This document shows positions 1-9,527 of a DNA stretch of 64,000 bases, one piece after another. The stretch comes from Angelvirus px29. Its lineage: Duplodnaviria > Heunggongvirae > Uroviricota > Caudoviricetes > Straboviridae. Numbering within the stretch: the first letter of the stretch is position 1; each line of letters opens with the position of its first letter. Where the stretch lies: the IMG/VR virus record IMGVR_UViG_2700988902_000001, positions 11,520 to 75,519 of that record. One strand, given 5' to 3'. A program made the translations under genes and the position numbers. Below the pieces are notes generated by a model that ran no database searches, had not been told where the DNA came from, and saw nothing but the letters and a program-made list of their open reading frames with translations.

Positions 1-846
1 GGAGTAAGTGTTGATACCACCTTGGAAAGTTACTTCTAGCGGCAGCTTAGATTGTTCTTTGACGAAACGGGATTTCTCCATGTTCAGAACAAAGTTATAA
101 CCCAGCAACTCTTTACCGTCTTTCTCTTGTTGACGACCGATAATGATCACGGTGTCGGCAGAGTAAGTGATACCAGTACCACCAGAAACGACTTTTTTGG
201 AATAAAGTTCTTGTGTGTCGTAGACGTGAGCAATAGCAATAGCCGGTATATCATTCATTGTTAGATAAGGCGTCATAATTCGAGTCAAAGATTTTAGTTG
301 CTTCGCTCTCGTCATATCACTAACGGATTTCTCGTCGATAGCGTCATCAACTTCTTTCTTAGATGCAGCGTTACCAATGGAATCGATAAACACAATAACG
401 CGATCACCGCGCTCAATTGCCTCAAGCTTTTTAACGATGTCGAATTTCAGTTCTTCAATGTTTTTGAACGGGCAGTGAATAACACGACTAACATCAACAC
501 CTTGTGATTCGAAATAACCCGGAGTAGAGCCGAATTCGTTGTCAAAGAACAGACAAACGGCATCTGGATATTTGCGCATATACGCGGCAATAAACACCAG
601 ACCTAGATTTGATTTAAAGTGCTTAGACGGGCCAGCAAGTACAGTCAGACCGGGAGCAAGACCACCATCAAGTTCACCGCTCATTGCCAAGTTAAGCAAC
701 GGTACGCGAGTGCGAACACTGTCTTTATCGTTGAAGAATTTACTTTCGGATAGAACAGCACTCATTTTATTAGTTGATGTTCCCGCCAGCTTAGACATAA
801 GAGTGCCTAAGTTACCAGCTCTTGCAGTTTTAATACCTTTAGCCAT
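1..846 (-). CDS. uvsX: UvsX RecA-like recombinase, partial (N-terminal ~282 aa; C-terminus lies beyond the window start)
   Basis: Hand translation of the minus strand from ATG at ~844-846 gives MAKGIKTARAGNLGTLMSKLAGTSTNKMSAVLSESKFFNDKD...LAGPSKHFKSN...DAVCLF..DSIGN...GGTGITYSADTVIIIGR, collinear with T4 UvsX (P-loop AGPSKSFKSN). RBS GAGG ~11 nt upstream. Absent from the ORF track because it runs off the window edge. Confidence 0.8.
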   Translation of the reverse strand, partial: MAKGIKTARAGNLGTLMSKLAGTSTNKMSAVLSESKFFNDKDSVRTRVPLLNLAMSGELDGGLAPGLTVLAGPSKHFKSNLGLVFIAAYMRKYPDAVCLFFDNEFGSTPGYFESQGVDVSRVIHCPFKNIEELKFDIVKKLEAIERGDRVIVFIDSIGNAASKKEVDDAIDEKSVSDMTRAKQLKSLTRIMTPYLTMNDIPAIAIAHVYDTQELYSKKVVSGGTGITYSADTVIIIGRQQEKDGKELLGYNFVLNMEKSRFVKEQSKLPLEVTFQGGINTYS

Positions 847-951
847 TTTACAGTTTTGCCTCTATTATCAGTTTTAGTTTCTATTTCATAATCTCCATAA
901 AGTAGTCATCAACATAGGGCTATTATCTCATAGCCCTACATCATTATAAAC

Positions 952-3714
952 TTACCAATCGCCAAAAAGATCGGTAAGACTTGTTTTCTTCTCTGTATCC
1001 CAGCCAATAGCCTCGCAGATATTTTCCAGTGGTTTCAGAAAATGCTTTCCATACATCCCAGTATAGTCCAGATACTTGTTCAAATCGAGTTCGAATTCAT
1101 CTGGGATCTTCTCACCACTCGGGAACGCCAAGACGGGAGAATGTAACTGGTTCGGTTCTTTCAGCATGATAATCTGAATCTTTTCACCACTTCGAATCAT
1201 ATCAACGCGCTTTTGTTCGGCAAACTTGTTATAAGCCAATGCGCCTTTGATGTGACCCGGACAACCTTTGACAGGAACCCAGTTGTTGTGGTTCTTATCA
1301 ATATTGTTCGCGCTCGATACGGATGCAATCTCTCGATAATCTTTCGTAGGATACGCTGCCTTAACTTCTGCAACGTGCTCCTGTAGAGCAGCTTCACCCT
1401 TAGTCAGGATTAGCTTGATACTCTTCTCAAGCGATTTACCAGCGAATACCGGTGTGCTTGAACGTTGAGTTTCGATACCCATGATCTTGAGCTTGGGAAC
1501 AACTTTACCGTGTTCGTCTAGCTTGCGTTTACCTTCTGAGTCCCACACGTTAGCAGCATAACGCTTTTTACCTGTGATAAAGAAAGTATCAGCGATGATC
1601 TCTCGATCCATGAACAACTGGTGATCATATGCGTTGGTATATTCTGCCAACTCACGATAGCTTTGATCGATATACGGCTCGCATTTCTCTTTAGCGAATT
1701 TCGACAAGAAATCAACCCATCGAATTTTCTCGATGCTATCAACTTCAATACCTTTTCGAGCTGCCATTTGACTTACGAAAGTTTCGAACGTCATATAAAT
1801 GGAGTCAGTATCGCCGTAAACAACATAATCAATCTGATTGGTATTACACACAGCATTCATATATTCGTTCATCTTACGCATAATCCAACGAATAGCGAGT
1901 TGACCGGATACAGTGATTGCCTCAGCGTTTCTTGTGTCAAAGTAACGGAAATGCTGATTACCCAATGCGCCATAAAGTGAGTTGATCAATACCTTACGTG
2001 CTTGTTGGTTTACGTTTTCAAGCTTCTCCATAAAGCGACACCAAGCAACAACTTCGCTAAGTGTGGCACTCGGTAGAGAATGCAGAACAGATTTAAAATC
2101 TTCAAACTCTTGACCTTTCATAGAAAGATTAATCGAATGAATATCAAATCGCTCGGTGCTGAAATTATTTTCGTCCAGCTTACCGTCTTGACGACCGACA
2201 ATAATATCGTATGCGATTGTTGCGATCTTATCCGCTGTGAATTCGGCATTCTTTGCTGCTTTACGCTGCAAGAACACTTTATCGATCTCGGTCGGGATAA
2301 TACCACGTTTAGCGCGAGTATAACGCATCCCATTTGCTGCAAAAGTCATATCGTCTTTCGGGATCTCATATGTCTTTGCAATCATACCGGTGCCAAATAC
2401 ATCTGGTACCATGCGATCTTTCACGAAAGTTCGCGGAACATCAACCTGTCCCATAATCGTCTCTGGACTAATGTTCAGCCATTTGATGATGTGTGGATAC
2501 AGTGATGTCAAGTCGAAACTCATAATCCATTTATAGAAACCGGGGAACGGTTCTTTAACAAATGCACCAGCGAATTTCTCTTTGGTCGAACGCTTGTTTT
2601 CTGGAACAACGATGCCTTGTACGATCAGACTATTGTGAATAATCGCGTCCCAAGTTTTCAGTGGACTAAACACGTTTTGATAGTTGACTTTTGCGTAATA
2701 CGCTACACTGGTAATCAGTGCCATCAACGACAAACGAGCGTCTAGTTTAACCAACAAGTCAACGTCTCGAATCAAATAGTCAATATATCGCTGTGGATTT
2801 TTCTGACTAAATGCGAGGTATGTCTTCTCGGTCATTTCCAACTTTCTCATACCCAGTTCAACTTGACCGATGTAATCCAAACGATATGTTGGACGAGTCT
2901 TGAAAGTGAACTTCTTATAAGCTGCCATGTAATCGATACAAGCAATGCCCATAAGTTCATAGGTGATGATTTCTTCGGCATCTTCGTCATCGTCATTGTG
3001 AGCTATGCGCTCAACAATTTGCTCCCAAGGACTAAGCTTGTTTGCATAGACTTCACCGAGAACCTTGCGATATCGATTTACAATATAGCGCAAGTCGAAC
3101 ATTTCGGAGTTCCACCCGGAGAATACATCTGGTGTATTATCGCGGAAGAATTTCAGATACTTGATTAAAAGCTCTCGCTCAGACGCACAGAACGTATATT
3201 CTACGTGTTCGAGTGTGTCAACGCTCTTACCACTATCGTCTTTATCGAGAATCGATTTGGCGATGTCCCACGGTCTTGTGGTGAACAAAAAGAATTTCTT
3301 GCGCTTGGTACTATAATGACAGATACCATCAATTTCCCAATCGCAAATATGAGGTTCTGGGAAAGGTCCATCAGTCGGGACCTCAATATCGACAAACGCG
3401 ATATCCAGTTGCTCATAGTTGAATGAAATCGGACCGCTATACGTGTGATACAGATATTGAAGAATAAAGTCATCCATACCAAGCGGTTCGCGATTGATAT
3501 CGCGCATTTCTTTCATCCAACGTCTTGCATCGCCAATGCTATCATGTTGAACAGCAACAGCAGCACGACCATAGATATCTTTTAGATCTCCGTTTGCGGA
3601 GTGCTTATACATAATCGGTTTAAACGGGACTTTGCGAGTTCGAGAAAGTCCAGAGTCATCGATAAATCGTTCTAAAACCTGATTGCCTTGAATACAAATA
3701 TTCGTGTAAAACAT
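952..3714 (-). CDS. 43: DNA polymerase, family B (T4 gp43)
   Basis: 920 aa with exonuclease motifs and the polymerase motif YGDTDS. C-terminal LTDLFGDW clamp-binding tail. Synteny with regA/62/44/45. Confidence 0.95.
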   Translation of the reverse strand: MFYTNICIQGNQVLERFIDDSGLSRTRKVPFKPIMYKHSANGDLKDIYGRAAVAVQHDSIGDARRWMKEMRDINREPLGMDDFILQYLYHTYSGPISFNYEQLDIAFVDIEVPTDGPFPEPHICDWEIDGICHYSTKRKKFFLFTTRPWDIAKSILDKDDSGKSVDTLEHVEYTFCASERELLIKYLKFFRDNTPDVFSGWNSEMFDLRYIVNRYRKVLGEVYANKLSPWEQIVERIAHNDDDEDAEEIITYELMGIACIDYMAAYKKFTFKTRPTYRLDYIGQVELGMRKLEMTEKTYLAFSQKNPQRYIDYLIRDVDLLVKLDARLSLMALITSVAYYAKVNYQNVFSPLKTWDAIIHNSLIVQGIVVPENKRSTKEKFAGAFVKEPFPGFYKWIMSFDLTSLYPHIIKWLNISPETIMGQVDVPRTFVKDRMVPDVFGTGMIAKTYEIPKDDMTFAANGMRYTRAKRGIIPTEIDKVFLQRKAAKNAEFTADKIATIAYDIIVGRQDGKLDENNFSTERFDIHSINLSMKGQEFEDFKSVLHSLPSATLSEVVAWCRFMEKLENVNQQARKVLINSLYGALGNQHFRYFDTRNAEAITVSGQLAIRWIMRKMNEYMNAVCNTNQIDYVVYGDTDSIYMTFETFVSQMAARKGIEVDSIEKIRWVDFLSKFAKEKCEPYIDQSYRELAEYTNAYDHQLFMDREIIADTFFITGKKRYAANVWDSEGKRKLDEHGKVVPKLKIMGIETQRSSTPVFAGKSLEKSIKLILTKGEAALQEHVAEVKAAYPTKDYREIASVSSANNIDKNHNNWVPVKGCPGHIKGALAYNKFAEQKRVDMIRSGEKIQIIMLKEPNQLHSPVLAFPSGEKIPDEFELDLNKYLDYTGMYGKHFLKPLENICEAIGWDTEKKTSLTDLFGDW

Positions 3715-3729
3715 TCATTACCTCTTTCA

Positions 3730-3760
3730 GTGCGCCTTTCGGGGGTCGCATCTTGGGTGA
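3730..3760 (-). promoter_or_regulatory. Putative gp43 autogenous translational operator hairpin just 5' of the gene 43 SD
   Basis: Minus-strand RNA GAUGCGACCCCCGAAAGGCGCAC forms a short stem with a CCCGAAA loop ~6 nt upstream of the SD GAAAGAGG and AUG. This position and form match the T4 gene 43 operator. Confidence 0.35.
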
Positions 3761-3842
3761 AACATCCATAATATACCTCTCACAAGTTGAAAGTCTATTA
3801 TAGATGCGCTCTCGATGTTAGTCAAGAGCGCAGAACGTTTTA

Positions 3843-4211
3843 TTAAGAGCCGAACTTGTATTTGTGTACCAGAGTCCAGTTTGCTTTCTCTTTGTGAGAG
3901 ATCACGCGGAAGAAGTTGTTGCCGGGTGCGGTATGTTCGCTGATGATTTCACACATACCCCATTCTTGCAGCAGTACAGCGATATCAGAACGACGATCAA
4001 TATCTTCTTGACTGATTTCTACCACACGACCATCGAGCTGGAGCAGTTCTTTAAAGTGAACGATGTAGTATTTGCCTTGCTTTTGCAGAATGTGGCAGCT
4101 TTGATACAGGCGCTTTTCTACGTTGTTCGCGATACCGATACGGGTCAGAGTCTCACGAATTTTCAGGAAGTCTTCATCAGTTTTCAATTGGATTTGCAGC
4201 ATCATTTTCAT
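3843..4211 (-). CDS. regA: RegA translational repressor of early genes
   Basis: 122 aa, same length as T4 RegA, with strong similarity (..YQSCHILQKQGKYYIVHFKE..NFFRVISHKEK..). Lies between 62 and 43 as in T4. Confidence 0.9.
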   Translation of the reverse strand: MKMMLQIQLKTDEDFLKIRETLTRIGIANNVEKRLYQSCHILQKQGKYYIVHFKELLQLDGRVVEISQEDIDRRSDIAVLLQEWGMCEIISEHTAPGNNFFRVISHKEKANWTLVHKYKFGS

Positions 4212-4220
4212 TATTTCCTT

Positions 4221-4799
4221 TTACCAAGAACGGATAGCGCGTTGAATTTTATCACGTTCGGTTTTAGTTGGGATCATTGCCAAGCACGGTGCGTTGACAT
4301 CATTTACCATCGGAGAAAACATTTTTCTCAGCTTGGCTTTTTGTTCATCAGAGAAGCGATTGATATATTCTCTGGCTCGTTGTGTCGAGACTTCGTAAAA
4401 GTCAGAAACTAGGTATTCGAACACTCGTTCTTCCCAGTCGTCAGTGAGTTTAGCAAACTTGACTTTAGGCAGACTACACTGACGAATGGTAAAATACATG
4501 TAATCATAATGCATTTGATCAGAAATGTGACCTTCCATCGTGTTGAGTTCGAAAGCATAACCTCTCATTTCAACATGCTGGGACAAAGCATTATTCAACA
4601 TATGTTGGTCATAATCGGCAAATCGCGCAACAGACCCATGACCTAGTTTCTTGGTAACGTTGTCCAGTACCACAAACAGACTTTGTTCAGCTGGAACTTT
4701 GAACTGTTTAGCCAGTTCTTTTACAGCGTCCCAATCTCTGGAACGCCATGCAACTTCGTGCTCGTTTAAGCTTTCTTCACCAAGAAAATCTAGAGACAT
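4221..4799 (-). CDS. 62: Clamp loader small subunit (gp62)
   Basis: 192 aa (T4 gp62 is 187 aa). Position between gp44 and regA, translationally coupled to gp44. Confidence 0.8.
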   Translation of the reverse strand: MSLDFLGEESLNEHEVAWRSRDWDAVKELAKQFKVPAEQSLFVVLDNVTKKLGHGSVARFADYDQHMLNNALSQHVEMRGYAFELNTMEGHISDQMHYDYMYFTIRQCSLPKVKFAKLTDDWEERVFEYLVSDFYEVSTQRAREYINRFSDEQKAKLRKMFSPMVNDVNAPCLAMIPTKTERDKIQRAIRSW

Positions 4800-4802
4800 A
4801 AT

Positions 4803-5774
4803 TTATTTCCATGTGGTTTCGAGTTCAAACGCGAGATCTGCCAGCAGATCAAACAGGTGAATCTCCATGTTCGGAATGTCGTTTGCGTACTTCTGGTTTT
4901 CCGCAATCAGCTTGATCATAACACGCAATCCAGCCGGTTTGATTTCAGTAAACAAACGCTCATAAAGCTTGGTAACGAAGTTATCATAATCGACAGTAAA
5001 CTTCGGAATCATAGCACGAATCGCGCCGAGTTTCTTAGTTCGAAGCATTTCGATTACTTCGTTCATATCCTCAGTTGCCTGAGTCGCTTTGGTCAAAACA
5101 CCTTCATCGATCTTGCCAGACTTGGCATAGCTATCGAGAGTTGTAATGGTACCGCGCAGATCTGGGAAATTCATCTTAACCAGTGCAGCGATAGCCTTAC
5201 GAGATTCTACTACAACACCTTCGATTTCGCAAATCTTTTCGCACCGAAGAATCATTTCTTTCATCATTCGGATCTTGTCTGCATCAGTCGGATTACCAAA
5301 TTCGATCTGACGGAAACGAGACTTGAGCGGCGCCGGGATTGCTTCGACATGATTACAAGTCATGATCACAGAACAGTTGAAACTGTATGCTTCCATCCAA
5401 GAACGAAGTTCTTCGTGAACTGCTTTCATACCCTTGTTATCACCTTCATCGATGATGATAACTTTGCCACCGGGCTTTTGTGTAGTAGTACACGCAAATG
5501 CGGTCAAGCTATTACGCAAGTCATCGATACGCAGTTTACCACCAGAGATAAACATCACTTCGGCGTCAATCTCGTTACACAGAACGCGAGCCATTGTGGT
5601 CTTACCAGTGCCGGGGCTCTTAGAGTAAAGCAGAATGTGTGGAATTCGACCAGAAGCAACAATACCTTTAAAACGCTCGATATCAGATTCAGGAAGAACA
5701 CACTCAGAAATCAGATTTGGTCGGAACTTTTGTTCCCACATAAACTCATTTGGATCAGTAACAGTCACAGTCAT
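4803..5774 (-). CDS. 44: Clamp loader large subunit, AAA+ ATPase (gp44)
   Basis: 323 aa. Walker A SPGTGKTT, Walker B IIIDEGD, RFC-like sensor motifs. Synteny. Confidence 0.9.
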   Translation of the reverse strand: MTVTVTDPNEFMWEQKFRPNLISECVLPESDIERFKGIVASGRIPHILLYSKSPGTGKTTMARVLCNEIDAEVMFISGGKLRIDDLRNSLTAFACTTTQKPGGKVIIIDEGDNKGMKAVHEELRSWMEAYSFNCSVIMTCNHVEAIPAPLKSRFRQIEFGNPTDADKIRMMKEMILRCEKICEIEGVVVESRKAIAALVKMNFPDLRGTITTLDSYAKSGKIDEGVLTKATQATEDMNEVIEMLRTKKLGAIRAMIPKFTVDYDNFVTKLYERLFTEIKPAGLRVMIKLIAENQKYANDIPNMEIHLFDLLADLAFELETTWK

Positions 5775-5837
5775 TTATATTTCTCTCATTGCGGGGTAAA
5801 ACAGTTTAGAATAACTAGCATTATAAACTATTTTAAG

Positions 5838-5856
5838 TGGGGAGGTCAACCCTCCC
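5838..5856 (-). other. Intercistronic stable hairpin between gp45 and gp44
   Basis: GGGGAGG-tcaac-CCTCCCC perfect 7-bp GC-rich stem directly after the gp45 stop. Likely a partial terminator or mRNA-stability element, as in the T4 45-44 junction. Confidence 0.4.
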
Positions 5857-5864
5857 CGAACTCA

Positions 5865-6542
5865 TTAAGCGGTATATTTGGACTTGGCATCCAGCGAGAT
5901 AATGTAACTTGCGTTAGCACCTTCAAAGCAGATTGCACCTTCTTTAGCAATCATTACTTTGTATTTCGCATCGGTCATTTTCATGTTACCAAGTGCAACG
6001 ATGAAATCAAAGTTAGCGTCGTTACCTTCGTAATCGTCAGCAACCGGAATTTCAAAGGTATTGCTGTTAGCGTCGCCGCCAGTCAGTCGAGCCAGAATCT
6101 TGCGACCATCATTTACAAAGTGCAGATCAACCAGTGACATGGTAGAAGCAGATTTCATGATCTGTTTCAGTTGTTCTTCGGTCAGCTCAAACACAACGGA
6201 CGCGGTTGGGATGCTGATAGCTTTCTTCGGATGAATGATGGTACCAGCTTCTGCCATCTTGATCTTAGCCATAGACTTGCCACCGGCTGCATTCTTGATA
6301 GTGATGTATTCACCATCCTCAGTCACTTGAGCAGGCAGACCAATCATGTTGGCTACACCAATCAATTCACCAAGACTGTAGATTCGCAGTTCGCTATCAA
6401 TTTGATCTTTGATAGTAGCGGATGCATACAGAACGTTGTTGACGCTCTTGGTGTTGATAAAAGTACCCGGTTTCAGCACCACAGACGGATTGATTTTGGC
6501 GAAGTTAGACAGGATTTCTACAGTTTCTTTGCTCAGTTGCAT
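5865..6542 (-). CDS. 45: Sliding clamp (gp45)
   Basis: 225 aa, N-terminus MQLSKETVEILSNFAKINPSVVLKPG aligns with T4 gp45 MKLSKDTTALLKNFATINSGIMLKSG. The ..GNMKM.. block is also conserved. Confidence 0.9.
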   Translation of the reverse strand: MQLSKETVEILSNFAKINPSVVLKPGTFINTKSVNNVLYASATIKDQIDSELRIYSLGELIGVANMIGLPAQVTEDGEYITIKNAAGGKSMAKIKMAEAGTIIHPKKAISIPTASVVFELTEEQLKQIMKSASTMSLVDLHFVNDGRKILARLTGGDANSNTFEIPVADDYEGNDANFDFIVALGNMKMTDAKYKVMIAKEGAICFEGANASYIISLDAKSKYTA

Positions 6543-6586
6543 TTCATTTCCTCAGTTTCAGTTCAATATTCGGTTAGGTGTTTAGT

Positions 6587-6883
6587 TTAAGCTGCTTTCC
6601 ACTCAGAGTAAACAAGCAGAGCGGCTTCGGTAACAAATTCTTCCAGATCGCGTTTGCAGTTCAGATTTGCAGCGCGGAATTCTTTAGACAGACGAAGCGC
6701 GGTTTCCATTACGTCGTCGTCAAACTCTTTGTAGACGTCGAAACGAACATCACGTTCCAGACACTGCAAACGGTCGTAATCTTCTTGACTGACCAGACAA
6801 ACCCAGTTTTTACGAGCAAGGTTCTGCCAGTAGAAAGCGGCGCTAGTAGTTTTCAGAGAATCACCAGGGATAAAATCAATCAT
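6587..6883 (-). CDS. Hypothetical protein at the position of T4 rpbA (RNA-polymerase-binding protein A)
   Basis: 98 aa ORF between gp46 and gp45. Assigned by position only. Confidence 0.45.
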   Translation of the reverse strand: MIDFIPGDSLKTTSAAFYWQNLARKNWVCLVSQEDYDRLQCLERDVRFDVYKEFDDDVMETALRLSKEFRAANLNCKRDLEEFVTEAALLVYSEWKAA

Positions 6884-7064
6884 TTCGAACTCCAGTCAAG
6901 TAAGTAATATAACGTTTCAATGAGCGAGAAAGATGTTTTCGAACTTTCTCACTGTCGTCGTGCATTATACACGATTTAAGCCACAAGTAAAGCACTATCA
7001 GACAAATGATTGGAAACATCAATGTCAGAATTATACGGTTCATTATAGCTTCCATGCTATCCAA
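6876..7064 (-). CDS. Small hydrophobic protein (1 TM)
   Basis: 62 aa with hydrophobic core ILTLMFPIICLIVLYLWL. Overlaps the neighbouring stop/start. Confidence 0.35.
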   Translation of the reverse strand: MDSMEAIMNRIILTLMFPIICLIVLYLWLKSCIMHDDSEKVRKHLSRSLKRYITYLTGVRND

Positions 7065-7208
7065 TGCGGGTCAAAGTTGTTGATAACCCTTGCTAAATGC
7101 TCTTCGCCAAATCTAGCAAGTAACTGATTATAAGTCAACTTGATTTCTTGGTTAAATCTCTTGTTTGATAGTACCCAGAATTCCACATCTGGGTACACTT
7201 CATCTATA

Positions 7209-9527
7209 TTATCGAACATTCTCCACCATCGTAGTAAAGCGACCTTGCTTATGCATACGAATGTGGCGGTTAAAGCTGTCGTCTCCGGCGTCTTTGCGGT
7301 GTGAGATCACAAGAATATTTGATTTCATCTTGTCAAGCATTCGGTTGATACCGGCAATGCCTACGTCATCACAACTACCGTCAAACACTTCGTCCATACA
7401 TAGCAAGTTGATATTAACACCACTAATCATACTGCTAACGTCACGCCATGTAAACAACAAACTGAGATTAATTCGTGCTTTCTCACCTTCTGAGAAGGAA
7501 GCGTAACAGAAATCCTCTCGACCTCTTGAACGAATCGACTCGTTAAAACTCTCGTCCAGTGCAAACACATAGTCAGCACCAAGCGATTTGAGATATTCGT
7601 TGATCTTCTTGTTAAAGACAGGGATATACCGTTTGACGATATGCGCTTTCACGCCATTGTCTTTCAGCATTTCACCAACGATAGAACGATGATGCAGTTC
7701 GAGAACGATTGTAGCGATCTCTTTCTTGTAGTCATTCAGTCGTTTCGTTGCGTCTTCAACTTGAGAGCAATCATACTCTTTCGCTTTTAGTTCGTCAATC
7801 TGATTTTTCAGATTTTTTGCATTCTCTGCCGACTTGTCATAAGACTCAGTATTGCTAATGATAGCAGCGTTTAAAGCGTCTACCGCAGCGTTATAGCGAG
7901 CCAGATTCAAGTTGTGTGCAGTCTCACGCTCCGAACGTTTGCGCTCTGCCTCGTCGTCCAGCTTATCGATAAGCTGTTCCAGTTCAGAACGATGTTCCTT
8001 GTAATAATTCTCACAGTCGCGGATCTCGTTGTTAATACGATTCAGCTTGTTGTGATAGTTATTGACCTGTTGAACATGATTCAGCTTCATGGATTCGATT
8101 TCGCGATCAATACGACGAATTTCTTCGTTGTGTTCTTCGCTCAGAGTTCGACAAGCTTGCGCATAGGCAGCGGTCTGTCTCTCATATGCTATACGAATCT
8201 GTGTGTTGCTGTCAAGATCAGATCGATATTGTTTTACTGCTTCATTGTAAGCCAGCTCTTGCGCATTCAGTTCAGCAAGAATAGCTTCCTGTTCTGCAAT
8301 TTTAGCATCAATCGCGGCGATTTCAACATCAAGTTCACCAATTCTTTCATGAGAATGAGTTGAGCAATCGGTGCCACAAGTCGGACACGCGCCACCTTTC
8401 TCGAAGAACTCACGGCGAGCCATGATCTTGCTCTTGTCGATCTGCATTGCAGTTGACAGTTTAGTGGCAAACTGAATATCTTCGCGGACATCAACCTTTA
8501 CAGGCTCAACGACTTCGGCATAAACTGGTTCATCCGGAATAGGAACGAGCGCAGTCTTAGCCACAAGCTGTTCTTCGGTAGGCTTGCTGTCTTCCAGCAT
8601 CATAACATCATGATCGAGCGCACATTCATATGGCTCCATCAGATGATGTTCACCTAACTGACACTTCAACTCAGCGATGTCGTCATCGAATTTTACTCTC
8701 AGATCTTCAATCTGAGACTCCAGATTACCGCGACGTTCTGCGATTTCTGTAGAATCATCCTGTTCAATGTAAACCGGCTCGATCAGATTGTCAAGATCGG
8801 TTTTGCTTTTCGCAGCACGTTCCTTGTAATCTTTCGCTTGATCGATAATCTCGCGGAAATTGGTAGTCAACATAACGATCATCATGTTGGTTTGCTTTTG
8901 TTGTGCAGCAATCGCACCTTCGGCAGACTCTACTTCATTAGTAGCAGATTCCAACTTGACTTTCAAGAGATCTTGTTGAGATTTCAACTCCTTGATTAGA
9001 CCTTTGTTCTGCTTGTCCATTTCCCCGATAACAGAGACATCAAGCAGATCTTCAACGAGTTCGCGACGCTTACCGGCAGGCAGCTCCATGAACGGCTTAT
9101 AACCAGCAGTACCAAGAACGATGATCTGTTTGAAGCTATCATAGTTGATGCCTAACAGCTCATTCTCGAAATACGCTTGATACTCGGTCGCGCTCGCAAC
9201 CTCTTTTAAAGGCACACCATTTTTCTGAATTTTCAGAACGTTAGGCTTGATACCGCGCTCGATGTGATAGCGATCTTTACCAACGCTCAATTCACCTTCA
9301 ACAAACAGACCTTTCTTGTTCTGTGAGTTTACGAGTTGTGCCTTTGTGATGTCTCGAAACGCTTTCCCATAAAGTAGAAAAGTCAATGCTTCGATGAAAG
9401 TCGATTTACCAGCACCGTTAGTACCAGTTACCAAAGTCTTTTTGTGTTGGTCAAGAACAACTGTGATGGGCTTCGCGCCCACCGACATAATGTTTTGATA
9501 CTTGACCCAATGGAATACTACGTCCAT
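7209..9527 (-). CDS. 46: Recombination endonuclease subunit, SbcC/Rad50-like (gp46)
   Basis: 772 aa. N-terminal Walker A GTNGAGKST, long coiled coil with zinc hook CPTCG, C-terminal signature/Walker B/D-loop. Start overlaps the gp47 stop. Confidence 0.9.
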   Translation of the reverse strand: MDVVFHWVKYQNIMSVGAKPITVVLDQHKKTLVTGTNGAGKSTFIEALTFLLYGKAFRDITKAQLVNSQNKKGLFVEGELSVGKDRYHIERGIKPNVLKIQKNGVPLKEVASATEYQAYFENELLGINYDSFKQIIVLGTAGYKPFMELPAGKRRELVEDLLDVSVIGEMDKQNKGLIKELKSQQDLLKVKLESATNEVESAEGAIAAQQKQTNMMIVMLTTNFREIIDQAKDYKERAAKSKTDLDNLIEPVYIEQDDSTEIAERRGNLESQIEDLRVKFDDDIAELKCQLGEHHLMEPYECALDHDVMMLEDSKPTEEQLVAKTALVPIPDEPVYAEVVEPVKVDVREDIQFATKLSTAMQIDKSKIMARREFFEKGGACPTCGTDCSTHSHERIGELDVEIAAIDAKIAEQEAILAELNAQELAYNEAVKQYRSDLDSNTQIRIAYERQTAAYAQACRTLSEEHNEEIRRIDREIESMKLNHVQQVNNYHNKLNRINNEIRDCENYYKEHRSELEQLIDKLDDEAERKRSERETAHNLNLARYNAAVDALNAAIISNTESYDKSAENAKNLKNQIDELKAKEYDCSQVEDATKRLNDYKKEIATIVLELHHRSIVGEMLKDNGVKAHIVKRYIPVFNKKINEYLKSLGADYVFALDESFNESIRSRGREDFCYASFSEGEKARINLSLLFTWRDVSSMISGVNINLLCMDEVFDGSCDDVGIAGINRMLDKMKSNILVISHRKDAGDDSFNRHIRMHKQGRFTTMVENVR

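Noticed and set aside
52-877. Three plus-strand ORFs (52-264, 298-507, 539-877) at the window start
   Set aside because: They are shadow ORFs on the opposite strand of uvsX. The minus-strand translation is an excellent RecA/UvsX match, whereas the plus-strand products are low-complexity.
915-938. Hairpin TAGGGCTAT-tatctc-ATAGCCCTA between gene 43 and uvsX as a rho-independent terminator
   Set aside because: A perfect 9-bp stem but no downstream U-run on the minus strand. It is more likely an mRNA processing/stability element or a weak attenuator.
4857-6137. Long plus-strand ORFs such as 4857-6137 (426 aa), 29892-31184 (430 aa) and 54745-56088 (447 aa)
   Set aside because: Each lies antisense to a confidently identified minus-strand gene (gp44/gp45, SprT-like, NadV). 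Their products are compositionally odd (Phe/Cys/His-rich) with no motifs, typical of antisense frames in AT-rich phage DNA. The whole window is transcribed on one strand.
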